In this document: in pieces, positions 1-7,495 of the stretch
How positions within the stretch are numbered: position 1 is the first letter of the stretch
How the letters are laid out: each line of letters starts with the position of its first letter
IMG/VR virus record: IMGVR_UViG_3300035698_007508
Span: 32,001 to 96,000 of that record
Length of the DNA stretch: 64,000 bases
Direction: 5' to 3' (one strand)
Source: a virus
Notes under the pieces: generated by a model
Database searches by the model: none
What the model was told of the DNA's origin: nothing
Seen by the model: only the letters and a program-made list of their open reading frames with translations
Translations under genes and position numbers: made by a program

Positions 1-2106
1 AACGCCAAGGCCAGTGTACCGGTCCAGGTGGGCGACAAGCTGTCACCGCGCTGGGGATTGAAGGGTGTTGTGGCCAAGATCATACCTATGGATCAGATGC
101 CGCGGCACGCCGGTACCAATGCGCCGTACGATCTGCTACTCAACCCCATGACCATTCTATCACGCGTTGCAGCGGGAGCCCTTGTCGAAATGCAGCTTGG
201 TAAGCTGGCCAAGCTGCGCGGCAAGGGCTTCAAACTCCCGCAGATGCCGCCGGAAGAGGGCTGGTCCGCCTGGGCGCAACGTCAGCTACTTGAGGCAGGC
301 GTGGACGAGAAGGATCAGATATTCGATCCCGAGCTGGGTCGAGCACTGAACAAGCCCGTCGCTACCGGCAACATGTACTGGATGGCGTTCCATCACCTTT
401 CTGAGAAGAAGCTGAGTGAGCGTGGCTCGTCCGGCCTGGGCTACACACAGGATGAACTGCCGGCCCGCGGTGGGTCTGAGACGCAACAGGCCAAGAAGAT
501 GAGTCAGATGGACATCACGCAGCTTCTGGCGCACGGTGCTACCGACGTGGTCAAGGATGGGCAGATCATCCGCGGCGCCCGGAACGAAGACTACTGGAAG
601 GCGCTCAAGCTGGGCCGCCCGCTACCGACTCCCGACGTACCGTTTGTGTACAAGAAGTTCCTGAACCTGTTGAACGCCAGCGGCATCAACATCGAGCAGA
701 AGGGCGATACGTTGCGGTTGCTGCCTATGCTTGACGAGGACGTTGATCAATTGAGCCACGGTGCAATCACGACCAGCGCGAGGGTGGACGACAAGATGGA
801 GCCCATCAAGGGTGGGCTGTTTGATCCCGGGCGTACGGGCGGTGCAATGGGTAAGTTCTGGTCGCACATTGACCTGGTCGAGCCAATGCCCAACCCTGTC
901 TTCGAAGAGCCGATCCGGCGCCTGTTAGGCCTGCGCAAGCAGGACTTCACCGATATCCTGGCCGGGCGTCAGGAACTCAACGGCCAATCAGGCGGCAAGG
1001 CTATACGTGATGCACTAGCCGGTATCGATATCGACGCGCAGATCAAGGAGCACCGGGGTAACATCCGTAAGTACCGCGGCGCCAACCGGGACAACTCGAT
1101 CAAGATCCTGGGATACCTGGACGCCGCCAAGAAGCAGGCCATCCACCCATCCAAGTGGATGTTGACCAAGCTTCCGGTACTGCCGCCCGTGTTCCGCCCT
1201 GTATCCCGTCTGGGCGATATCACGATCGAAGCTGACCTGAACGAGCTGTATCGCGATGCGATCGAGGTCAACAACGCTATCGGCACATTGCGTAAGGATC
1301 TACCCGAGTCGGAACTACAGGACGAGAAGGAAGCGCTGTACCGTGCAGTGAAGGCCGTGACAGGGCTTGGCGATCCAATCACACCCGAGGGACGGTCCCG
1401 CCGCCTTAAGGGCGCGCTCAAGAACGTCATCGGTGATTCACCAAAAAGCGGATTTTTTCAAAGTAGAGTTATCTCCAAGCCTGTTGACCTGGTTGGGCGT
1501 GCAGTCGTAACGCCGGATCCGACGTTGGACATGGATAGTGTAGGATTGCCCGAAGACTCTGCCTGGGACCTGTATCACGACTTTGTCGTCCGGCGGCTGG
1601 TGCGCCAGAACGTACCGTCGCACCGCGCACTCAAGATGATTGAGGATCGTGAGGCCCCAGCCAAGGATGCATTGAACCTGGAAATGCAGTCACGGCCTAT
1701 CATCATGGACCGTGCGCCGACCTGGCATCGATTCAATCTACTGGCGTTCCGGCCACATCTGGTCGAGGGTAAGACCATGCACGTGAGCCCGTTGATCACC
1801 AAGGGCTTCAACATGGATTTTGACGGTGACGCCGTGAACTTCCATGTACCGGTGTCAGACAAGGCTGTGGAGCAGACATACAGCAAAATGCTACCGAGCA
1901 AGAACCTGTTCAGTCTGACCGACTTGAAGTCGCCCCGCCACACCCCGCAGCAGGAAATGGCGCTTGGCCTGTACCTGCTGACCCGTGCCAAGACCGCTCG
2001 GGAGTCCAAGACTTTCGCTACGGTAGCCCAGGCGCGCCGGGCGTATAGGGCCGGAGAGATTGGCGCCAACGATCCGATCAACATATTGGAGTTGAAAGAT
2101 GCCTAA
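1..2106 (+). CDS. rpoBC: Phage multi-subunit RNA polymerase, fused beta C-terminal region + beta' N-terminal region (5'-truncated)
   Basis: Frame is open from base 1. Beta motifs: GDKLSPRWGLKG (cf. GDKMAGRHGNKG), LLNPMTILSR, HHLSEKK, GINIE. Then beta' motifs: GGLFD..HIDL, KLPVLPPVFRP, DLNELYR, KPVDLVGRAV, DRAPTWHR, and the catalytic NMDFDGD at 1810-1830. Confidence 0.95.
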   Translation, partial: NAKASVPVQVGDKLSPRWGLKGVVAKIIPMDQMPRHAGTNAPYDLLLNPMTILSRVAAGALVEMQLGKLAKLRGKGFKLPQMPPEEGWSAWAQRQLLEAGVDEKDQIFDPELGRALNKPVATGNMYWMAFHHLSEKKLSERGSSGLGYTQDELPARGGSETQQAKKMSQMDITQLLAHGATDVVKDGQIIRGARNEDYWKALKLGRPLPTPDVPFVYKKFLNLLNASGINIEQKGDTLRLLPMLDEDVDQLSHGAITTSARVDDKMEPIKGGLFDPGRTGGAMGKFWSHIDLVEPMPNPVFEEPIRRLLGLRKQDFTDILAGRQELNGQSGGKAIRDALAGIDIDAQIKEHRGNIRKYRGANRDNSIKILGYLDAAKKQAIHPSKWMLTKLPVLPPVFRPVSRLGDITIEADLNELYRDAIEVNNAIGTLRKDLPESELQDEKEALYRAVKAVTGLGDPITPEGRSRRLKGALKNVIGDSPKSGFFQSRVISKPVDLVGRAVVTPDPTLDMDSVGLPEDSAWDLYHDFVVRRLVRQNVPSHRALKMIEDREAPAKDALNLEMQSRPIIMDRAPTWHRFNLLAFRPHLVEGKTMHVSPLITKGFNMDFDGDAVNFHVPVSDKAVEQTYSKMLPSKNLFSLTDLKSPRHTPQQEMALGLYLLTRAKTARESKTFATVAQARRAYRAGEIGANDPINILELKDA

Positions 2107-2923
2107 GCTGTGGGCGTGCAAAGATGGGTCCGTACTGATTGGTAGTGTCGAGGCGCAGGCCGCCGGCGGGCTCAGCTATGTACCGGATAGTTGCGCCACA
2201 GTTAACGTGTACGTACAGGCGTTTTACGACGACTACAGACACACGCATAGGTGTGACGATGCTTGCTTCGGCATTTATCTGCACACAGATAGGACAGTGC
2301 GGTTCCTAGGCTACGCGCAGTTGGATAACTGGATCGATGGCGGCTCCCGCTATAGTCCGTGGTGGTACATCGACTGGTCTACGGTTGACTACAACTGTCC
2401 GTGTGTCCAGTTCGAGGCACGCTGTGCAGAGAATGATCCTATAGACGATTGCGGCGGTGTACACGGTACCGGCAGTATTAGACCCGCAACGGAGTGTCAT
2501 GACGGTGTTGTCACCCTGTGCGTACGTAGCACAGCGGGCCCTAACTGTACCGCTTTGGGGTGCAATGTGATCATAGCCAATACGTGGTATCACATATGGG
2601 ACATCGCGGCCTTGACGCCGTGTGTTGGCGGCGCGTCGGTGGCCGCAATCGGACCTGCACGCGTGGAGCCTGCTGATCTACTGTGGGATGCTGCTCATCT
2701 GGCGCACGGGTTCGAATTGCGCGGTACAGATGGCGAAGCGTGGCTGCTGGCGGCCACCGACACTGACATAGAACGTGAAGCGCGCAGGGCGCACGCGGAT
2801 GAACGCGTGGCAATCTGTAAAGAGTGTCCACATTTCACGTCGGATTCCTGCGGTATCTGGAATGCGGACATGGCCGCGATACGCTATGGGCTAGATATAT
2901 GTCCGTTACGTAAATGGTGGTAA
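2099..2923 (+). CDS. Cys-rich hypothetical protein with C-terminal RxxICxxCP...CPxxKW motif (DUF6171-like)
   Basis: 274-aa ORF overlapping the RNAP stop by 8 nt; about 17 Cys; ends RVAICKECPHF..CG..CPLRKWW. Confidence 0.6.
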   Translation: MPKLWACKDGSVLIGSVEAQAAGGLSYVPDSCATVNVYVQAFYDDYRHTHRCDDACFGIYLHTDRTVRFLGYAQLDNWIDGGSRYSPWWYIDWSTVDYNCPCVQFEARCAENDPIDDCGGVHGTGSIRPATECHDGVVTLCVRSTAGPNCTALGCNVIIANTWYHIWDIAALTPCVGGASVAAIGPARVEPADLLWDAAHLAHGFELRGTDGEAWLLAATDTDIEREARRAHADERVAICKECPHFTSDSCGIWNADMAAIRYGLDICPLRKWW

Positions 2924-2986
2924 AATGAGTTGCATACATCGTGGCGACTGTAGTACCGTAATATGCACATCTTGGAAGGAGACAAC

Positions 2987-3607
2987 ATGACACAGAGACT
3001 TGACTACGTGAAGTTACAGGCCGTTATGGACGGTTTTCAGAAGAAGGCGTTCGTCGCTATGCCCGGCGGGGCCGATCCAGCCGCAGGCGGGATGCAGTCA
3101 CAAGCACAGGCCGCACCACCCGGTGGCGCACCTATGGACCCGGCCGCGATGGGCGGAATGCCGATGGACCCGATGGCGGGCGGCGGTATGCCGATGGACC
3201 CGGCGGCAATGGGCATGGGCCCAATGCCCGGCTCGGTTACGATGTCCATCCCTGAACTCATTGAGTTCATTGCCGTCGTGAAGGGTGACGGAGCTGCGGC
3301 TGCGGGCGAGAAGCCTAAGAAGAAGGACGACGAAGCAGCACCGGCGGCCGGCGCACCGGCCGAGGCCGATCCGATGGCGTCGCTGAACCAGAAACTTGAC
3401 CAGCTCTTGGCGGCCGCCGGCGGCGGTATGCCGATGGACCCGATGGCAGGCGGTGGCGGTATGCCACCAATGGCCGACGGCGGTGGTATGCCGATGGACC
3501 CGATGGCGGGCGGCGGTATGCCAGCTGATCCGATGGCGGGCGGCGGTATGCCAGCTGATCCGATGGCTGGCGGAGCGCCGATGGGCGGAGCGCCGCCACC
3601 TATGTAA
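2987..3607 (+). CDS. Low-complexity Gly/Met/Pro/Ala-rich protein, putative internal head protein
   Basis: SD GGAAGGAG before ATG 2987 (preferred over 2963); leader ending FQKKA; GGMPMDPMAG repeats. Confidence 0.75.
   Translation: MTQRLDYVKLQAVMDGFQKKAFVAMPGGADPAAGGMQSQAQAAPPGGAPMDPAAMGGMPMDPMAGGGMPMDPAAMGMGPMPGSVTMSIPELIEFIAVVKGDGAAAAGEKPKKKDDEAAPAAGAPAEADPMASLNQKLDQLLAAAGGGMPMDPMAGGGGMPPMADGGGMPMDPMAGGGMPADPMAGGGMPADPMAGGAPMGGAPPPM
3421..3570 (+). repeat. Five tandem ~30-nt coding repeats (GGMP[M/A]DPMAG); two more at 3151-3210
   Basis: Units at 3511-3540 and 3541-3570 differ at one base (cggcggtatgccagctgatccgatggc[g/t]gg); in frame with the CDS; no spacers. Confidence 0.9.
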
Positions 3608-3615
3608 GGACTAAC

Positions 3616-3873
3616 ATGGCAAATGGACGACCTGGACGGGTACGCGTGTTGCAGGGGGTCAAGCAGGTTCTGCTGGACACGCACGAAGCTACCGTCATCG
3701 AATTCCGGGACCAGTTTGGGGATCTGAACGCGTTGATCTCACGTCATTTCAACGATGACATGTGGATCTTCACGACCAAGGCCGATCCGGACTGGCACAC
3801 GCACTTGGTGCGGTTGGGCTATGCGCCAGCTGATATGAACGTACATCAACTCGTACAGAACTTGAAAGGCTGA
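3616..3873 (+). CDS. Hypothetical protein
   Basis: 85-aa ORF, AAGGA SD, tightly packed between neighbours. Confidence 0.7.
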   Translation: MANGRPGRVRVLQGVKQVLLDTHEATVIEFRDQFGDLNALISRHFNDDMWIFTTKADPDWHTHLVRLGYAPADMNVHQLVQNLKG

Positions 3874-3874
3874 C

Positions 3875-4279
3875 ATGAATGATACACCCGCATTGAGCTA
3901 CGTTCCGCCTTGGGTCCGCGACCTAATGGTAGGCCTTTGTACCGCCGCCGTACTCGCATCCGTAACCCTAGTCTTACGCCTGGACAAGACCGTCGCTACG
4001 TTTGTCGAGTCGCACGTGGAGACGCATAGGCAGCTGGACAGGATGATTACGGAGTTGAAGAACAATACCGTTCAGACCGCCCGCGAAGTCAACCTACTGC
4101 ACGACGATTTCCTTGAGTTCTCGGCCGGCACTACTGCTAACCGTTACACCATCTACAACGCGTTTACGGATCAGAAGAAGAGTGCCGAGGAGCTCAGGGA
4201 AGTATGGAACGCTATTCACGAGATCAAGTTGGACGTGGTCAAAATACAGAGCGATAGCGAGCGCATTACGCACGAGTGA
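3875..4279 (+). CDS. Single-pass membrane protein with cytoplasmic coiled coil (holin-like topology)
   Basis: Hydrophobic stretch LMVGLCTAAVLASVTLVL followed by helical heptad-like sequence; function not established. Confidence 0.55.
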   Translation: MNDTPALSYVPPWVRDLMVGLCTAAVLASVTLVLRLDKTVATFVESHVETHRQLDRMITELKNNTVQTAREVNLLHDDFLEFSAGTTANRYTIYNAFTDQKKSAEELREVWNAIHEIKLDVVKIQSDSERITHE

Positions 4280-4282
4280 CGT

Positions 4283-7243
4283 ATGCAGACAACCATCGGA
4301 CAGGTACTTGTAAACGACGCGCTTCCCGAGGAAATGCGGAATTACGGTCGGATATTGACCAGCAACGAAGCTGATGACTTGTTGGGCGCGGTTGCGCGTG
4401 ACCACCCCGAGGACTACCGTGATATCTCCCATGCACTGGTACAATTGGGCCGCAACGCCGCGTTCGAAGAGTCAGCAACGCTGTCCCTGTCTGACATGCA
4501 GGTCCCGTTTGACCGTAAAGAGCTGTTCGATCATGTACGCACTCAGACCCGTAAGATCATGGCGTCCAAGGATATGACTGACGATCAGAAACAGCAAGCG
4601 CTGGTTAGCGTATACGGGCAAGTCCAGAAATTCTTCGTCGATAACACGTACAAGGATATGGCGGCCAAGGACAACCCATTCGCGCTACAGGTACTGTCTA
4701 AGGCCCGCGGTAACCCGTCCCAGCTTGCAGCACTCATGACTACGCCTGGTACGTATACCGATGCATATGGCAACGTGATTCCCGTTTTCGTCCGCCATTC
4801 CTACGCCGAGGGCCTGAGCCCTCACGAGTACTGGGCGGGTACGTACGGCGCTAGGCAGGGTGTGATATGTTTGCATCCCGATACGGAGGTATTATTAGCC
4901 GATTTTACGGTCAGGAGGTTATCCGAGATCCGCGTTGGCGACACAGTATTAACAGATACTAATGAAGGCTTGGTACCTACTGCAGTACGTGCTGTGCACA
5001 ATAACGGGCTACAGCCTATGTATGAATTTACGTTCCGTAAGAATGCGAGCCAGTCTTACGTGCATGTCACGTGTACTGACCAACACAAATTCAAGGCGCG
5101 TTTGTGGAAGTCGGGCGCACGAGGCACGCCGCGAAAACTGCTTGAACCGCAGCTACGTCCTTTGTCAGACGCACGGTACCAGCGCAGGAAATGGAATAAT
5201 AATTACGTGGCAGTGCCAGCTGGAGGCGCGTGCGTTGGAGGTAAGCACGAACCGTTGGCATTACTATTGGGTTTGATGCTGGGTGACGGGTGTACAACCA
5301 AGTCTACACGTGGGCGATATAGTATCAGCTGCGCTGATCAGATTCTGATACGCGATGTACACGATTATATGGCAGAGCACGGTGTAGAACTGGTTAAAGT
5401 CGGTGGTGACAATTATAACTGGGTATTGAAACAGGCTTCAGCTGTATTCAATACCACACATACCAGCTTGACGAGCTATATGGGCGGAAAGTATGCACAC
5501 CAGAAAACATTACCGGTAGATATATATACGTGGGATACACACAGTATAGGCGCATTGGTAGGCGGATTGATAAGCGCTGACGGTAGCTTTACGCGCAGCG
5601 AAACAAGTAAGTGGATGTGTATACAGTGCACATCCAGAGATATGATCGCAGAACTGCATCGCGTACTGGAACTCAGACTAGGCGTATGGTGTAACCCTAT
5701 TTACCGTGTGGATAAAGCTGACAAACAGCACGCAGTACACGATCAATACGGTTTCACGATCACGCACCCCGATTCACTATGCAAACTTAGAGCGTGTATC
5801 ACGCTTGTAGGTATAAAGCGTGAACAGTTTGCAGCGTGGGATCTCAAGCCAGGTACGCGCTATAGTCCGCACGGTTTTCGTATACAGGGGCGTAGACTTG
5901 TCGGTATGCAGCCTGCACTAGATCTAGAAGTTGAGCACGTTTCTCATACATTTGTACTGGCGAACGGACTTATATCGTCTAATAGTACGAAATTTGCCAC
6001 CCGTGACGCTGGCGATCTAGGTAAGCAGTTCAACCAGGCGGCCATGCGTATGGTCGTGACCGCGAATGACTGCGACACGGCGAGCGGTATACCGGTCTCC
6101 ACCGACGACAAGGATACGATTGGTGGGGTACTGGCGCGTAAGGCCGGCAAGTACCCACCCGGCACCGTAGTTTCCAAAGAGGTACTTGAGGATCTGCAGG
6201 ACCTGGACAGTATCGTGGTGCGGTCTCCGCTCACCTGCGGCTTGTCCCAGGGCGTGTGCAAGCAGTGCGTCGGGCTCCGTGAGAATGGGGCCTTCCCGAA
6301 CACGGGCGATCATGTAGGTATCAACGCGGCCAGTGCGCTGGCCGAACGTATCGCCCAAGGAAGCTTAAATGTGAAACATTCTGGCGGCATGTCCAAGGGC
6401 GATACGGGCGAGAAAGTTTACGCTGGCTTCGATGTGATCAATCAGCTGTTCCAGGCACCCAAGACGTTTCCGAACCGCGCCGCCATCGCCACGATGGACG
6501 GCCGTGTTGATCGTATCGAGCCCGCCGCACAGGGCGGTCAGAACATCTATATCGACGACGAGCTCCATTACGCGTTGCCTGACGCCAAGGTAACCGTGCA
6601 GGTAGGGGACCGGGTCGAGGCTGGTGACCAGCTGTCCAGCGGTATTCTTAATCCCCGAGAGGTCGTGCAGTATAAAGGTATCGGCGAGGGCCGGCGTTAC
6701 TTCACGGAACGGGCGGCCCAGGCATTCCGTGAGAGCGGGTACAGCATCAATCGCCGCAATCTCGAAATCCTGGTTCGCGGTATGATGGATCACGCGGTGG
6801 TAGATGATCCCGACGGTTCTGGCGATTACCTACCAGGCGACATCGTGTCCTACAACGCTCTGGCCCGCGGGTACCGGCCACGCAAGGACGCGCAGCAGTT
6901 GGACACGGACAAGGCTATCGGACAGTACCTGGAACAGCCGATCCTGCACCACACGATCGGGACGCGCATCACCCGCGCTATGGCCAAGCAGTTACGTGAC
7001 TTCGGACACACACGTGTACTGGCGCACCCGTCGGTACCATCGTTTTCCCCGACGATGGTAGGCCTGCGTGCCGTACCGCAGCAGGAGTCAGACTGGATGG
7101 CACAGATGGGCTCCAGCCATTTGCAGAAGAATTTGCTCAAGAACGTACAGCGTAATGCTGAGTCTCAGACGCACGGCCTACACCCGGTACCGGCGTTGGC
7201 TAAAGGTGTGGACTTCGGAGATACAGAGGAGGTCGGGTACTGA
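4283..7243 (+). CDS. rpoC: Phage RNA polymerase beta' C-terminal subunit, intein-containing
   Basis: TTIGQVLVN start (cf. TTVGR); SKARGNPSQL; YAEGLSPHEYW..YGARQGV bridge helix; NDCD and CGLSQGVCKQC Zn ligands; trigger loop AQGSLNVKH; INRRNLEILVR. Confidence 0.93.
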   Translation: MQTTIGQVLVNDALPEEMRNYGRILTSNEADDLLGAVARDHPEDYRDISHALVQLGRNAAFEESATLSLSDMQVPFDRKELFDHVRTQTRKIMASKDMTDDQKQQALVSVYGQVQKFFVDNTYKDMAAKDNPFALQVLSKARGNPSQLAALMTTPGTYTDAYGNVIPVFVRHSYAEGLSPHEYWAGTYGARQGVICLHPDTEVLLADFTVRRLSEIRVGDTVLTDTNEGLVPTAVRAVHNNGLQPMYEFTFRKNASQSYVHVTCTDQHKFKARLWKSGARGTPRKLLEPQLRPLSDARYQRRKWNNNYVAVPAGGACVGGKHEPLALLLGLMLGDGCTTKSTRGRYSISCADQILIRDVHDYMAEHGVELVKVGGDNYNWVLKQASAVFNTTHTSLTSYMGGKYAHQKTLPVDIYTWDTHSIGALVGGLISADGSFTRSETSKWMCIQCTSRDMIAELHRVLELRLGVWCNPIYRVDKADKQHAVHDQYGFTITHPDSLCKLRACITLVGIKREQFAAWDLKPGTRYSPHGFRIQGRRLVGMQPALDLEVEHVSHTFVLANGLISSNSTKFATRDAGDLGKQFNQAAMRMVVTANDCDTASGIPVSTDDKDTIGGVLARKAGKYPPGTVVSKEVLEDLQDLDSIVVRSPLTCGLSQGVCKQCVGLRENGAFPNTGDHVGINAASALAERIAQGSLNVKHSGGMSKGDTGEKVYAGFDVINQLFQAPKTFPNRAAIATMDGRVDRIEPAAQGGQNIYIDDELHYALPDAKVTVQVGDRVEAGDQLSSGILNPREVVQYKGIGEGRRYFTERAAQAFRESGYSINRRNLEILVRGMMDHAVVDDPDGSGDYLPGDIVSYNALARGYRPRKDAQQLDTDKAIGQYLEQPILHHTIGTRITRAMAKQLRDFGHTRVLAHPSVPSFSPTMVGLRAVPQQESDWMAQMGSSHLQKNLLKNVQRNAESQTHGLHPVPALAKGVDFGDTEEVGY
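4868..5983 (+). mobile_element. Intein (372 aa) with LAGLIDADG homing endonuclease, inserted in the beta' bridge helix
   Basis: Starts CLHPDTEV; block B TDQH; LAGLIDADG motifs LLGLMLGDG and LVGGLISADG; ends HTFVLANGLISSN followed by +1 Ser. Removal restores GARQGVI-STKFAT. Visibly more AT-rich than the flanks. Confidence 0.95.
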
Positions 7244-7413
7244 TGGGTACGCTATCCAAACATTATGGGACTGGTGCAGCCACGGGGTTGACAGGTTACT
7301 TATTGACCCGTATGCTCTTACCACGGTCTGAACAGCCCGAGAACCGTTCGTTGAGTGAGGCAGATCAATTTTACGAAGTGGAGGCCGACGCAGGTTGTTG
7401 GCGTCCGCTATAG
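7243..7413 (+). CDS. Small 56-aa protein with Gly/Ala hydrophobic segment (below the ORF-track cutoff)
   Basis: TGATG overlap with the rpoC stop; GAGGAGG SD about 10 nt upstream; MGTLSKHYGTGAATGLTGYLLTRMLLPRSEQPENRSLSEADQFYEVEADAGCWRPL. Confidence 0.55.
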   Translation: MGTLSKHYGTGAATGLTGYLLTRMLLPRSEQPENRSLSEADQFYEVEADAGCWRPL

Positions 7414-7440
7414 CGGTTCGCGTAAGCGTGTAGAAAATAC

Positions 7441-7469
7441 TTGTCTACTGCGACAGAATGACCCATACT
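7441..7469 (+). promoter_or_regulatory. Candidate sigma70-type promoter TTGTCT-N17-CATACT
   Basis: In the short AT-richer intergenic gap upstream of the head-gene cluster (GAGGAG SD, ATG 7496). Confidence 0.35.
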
Positions 7470-7495
7470 GTGCGGCATAAATCGAGGAGAGTATC

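Noticed and set aside
3421-3570. CRISPR-like periodic repeat
   Set aside because: The units are contiguous 30-mers in frame within a CDS, with no unique spacers and no cas genes.
3875-4279. Lysis cassette
   Set aside because: One membrane protein alone; no endolysin or spanin was recognised nearby, so the holin call is not supported beyond topology.
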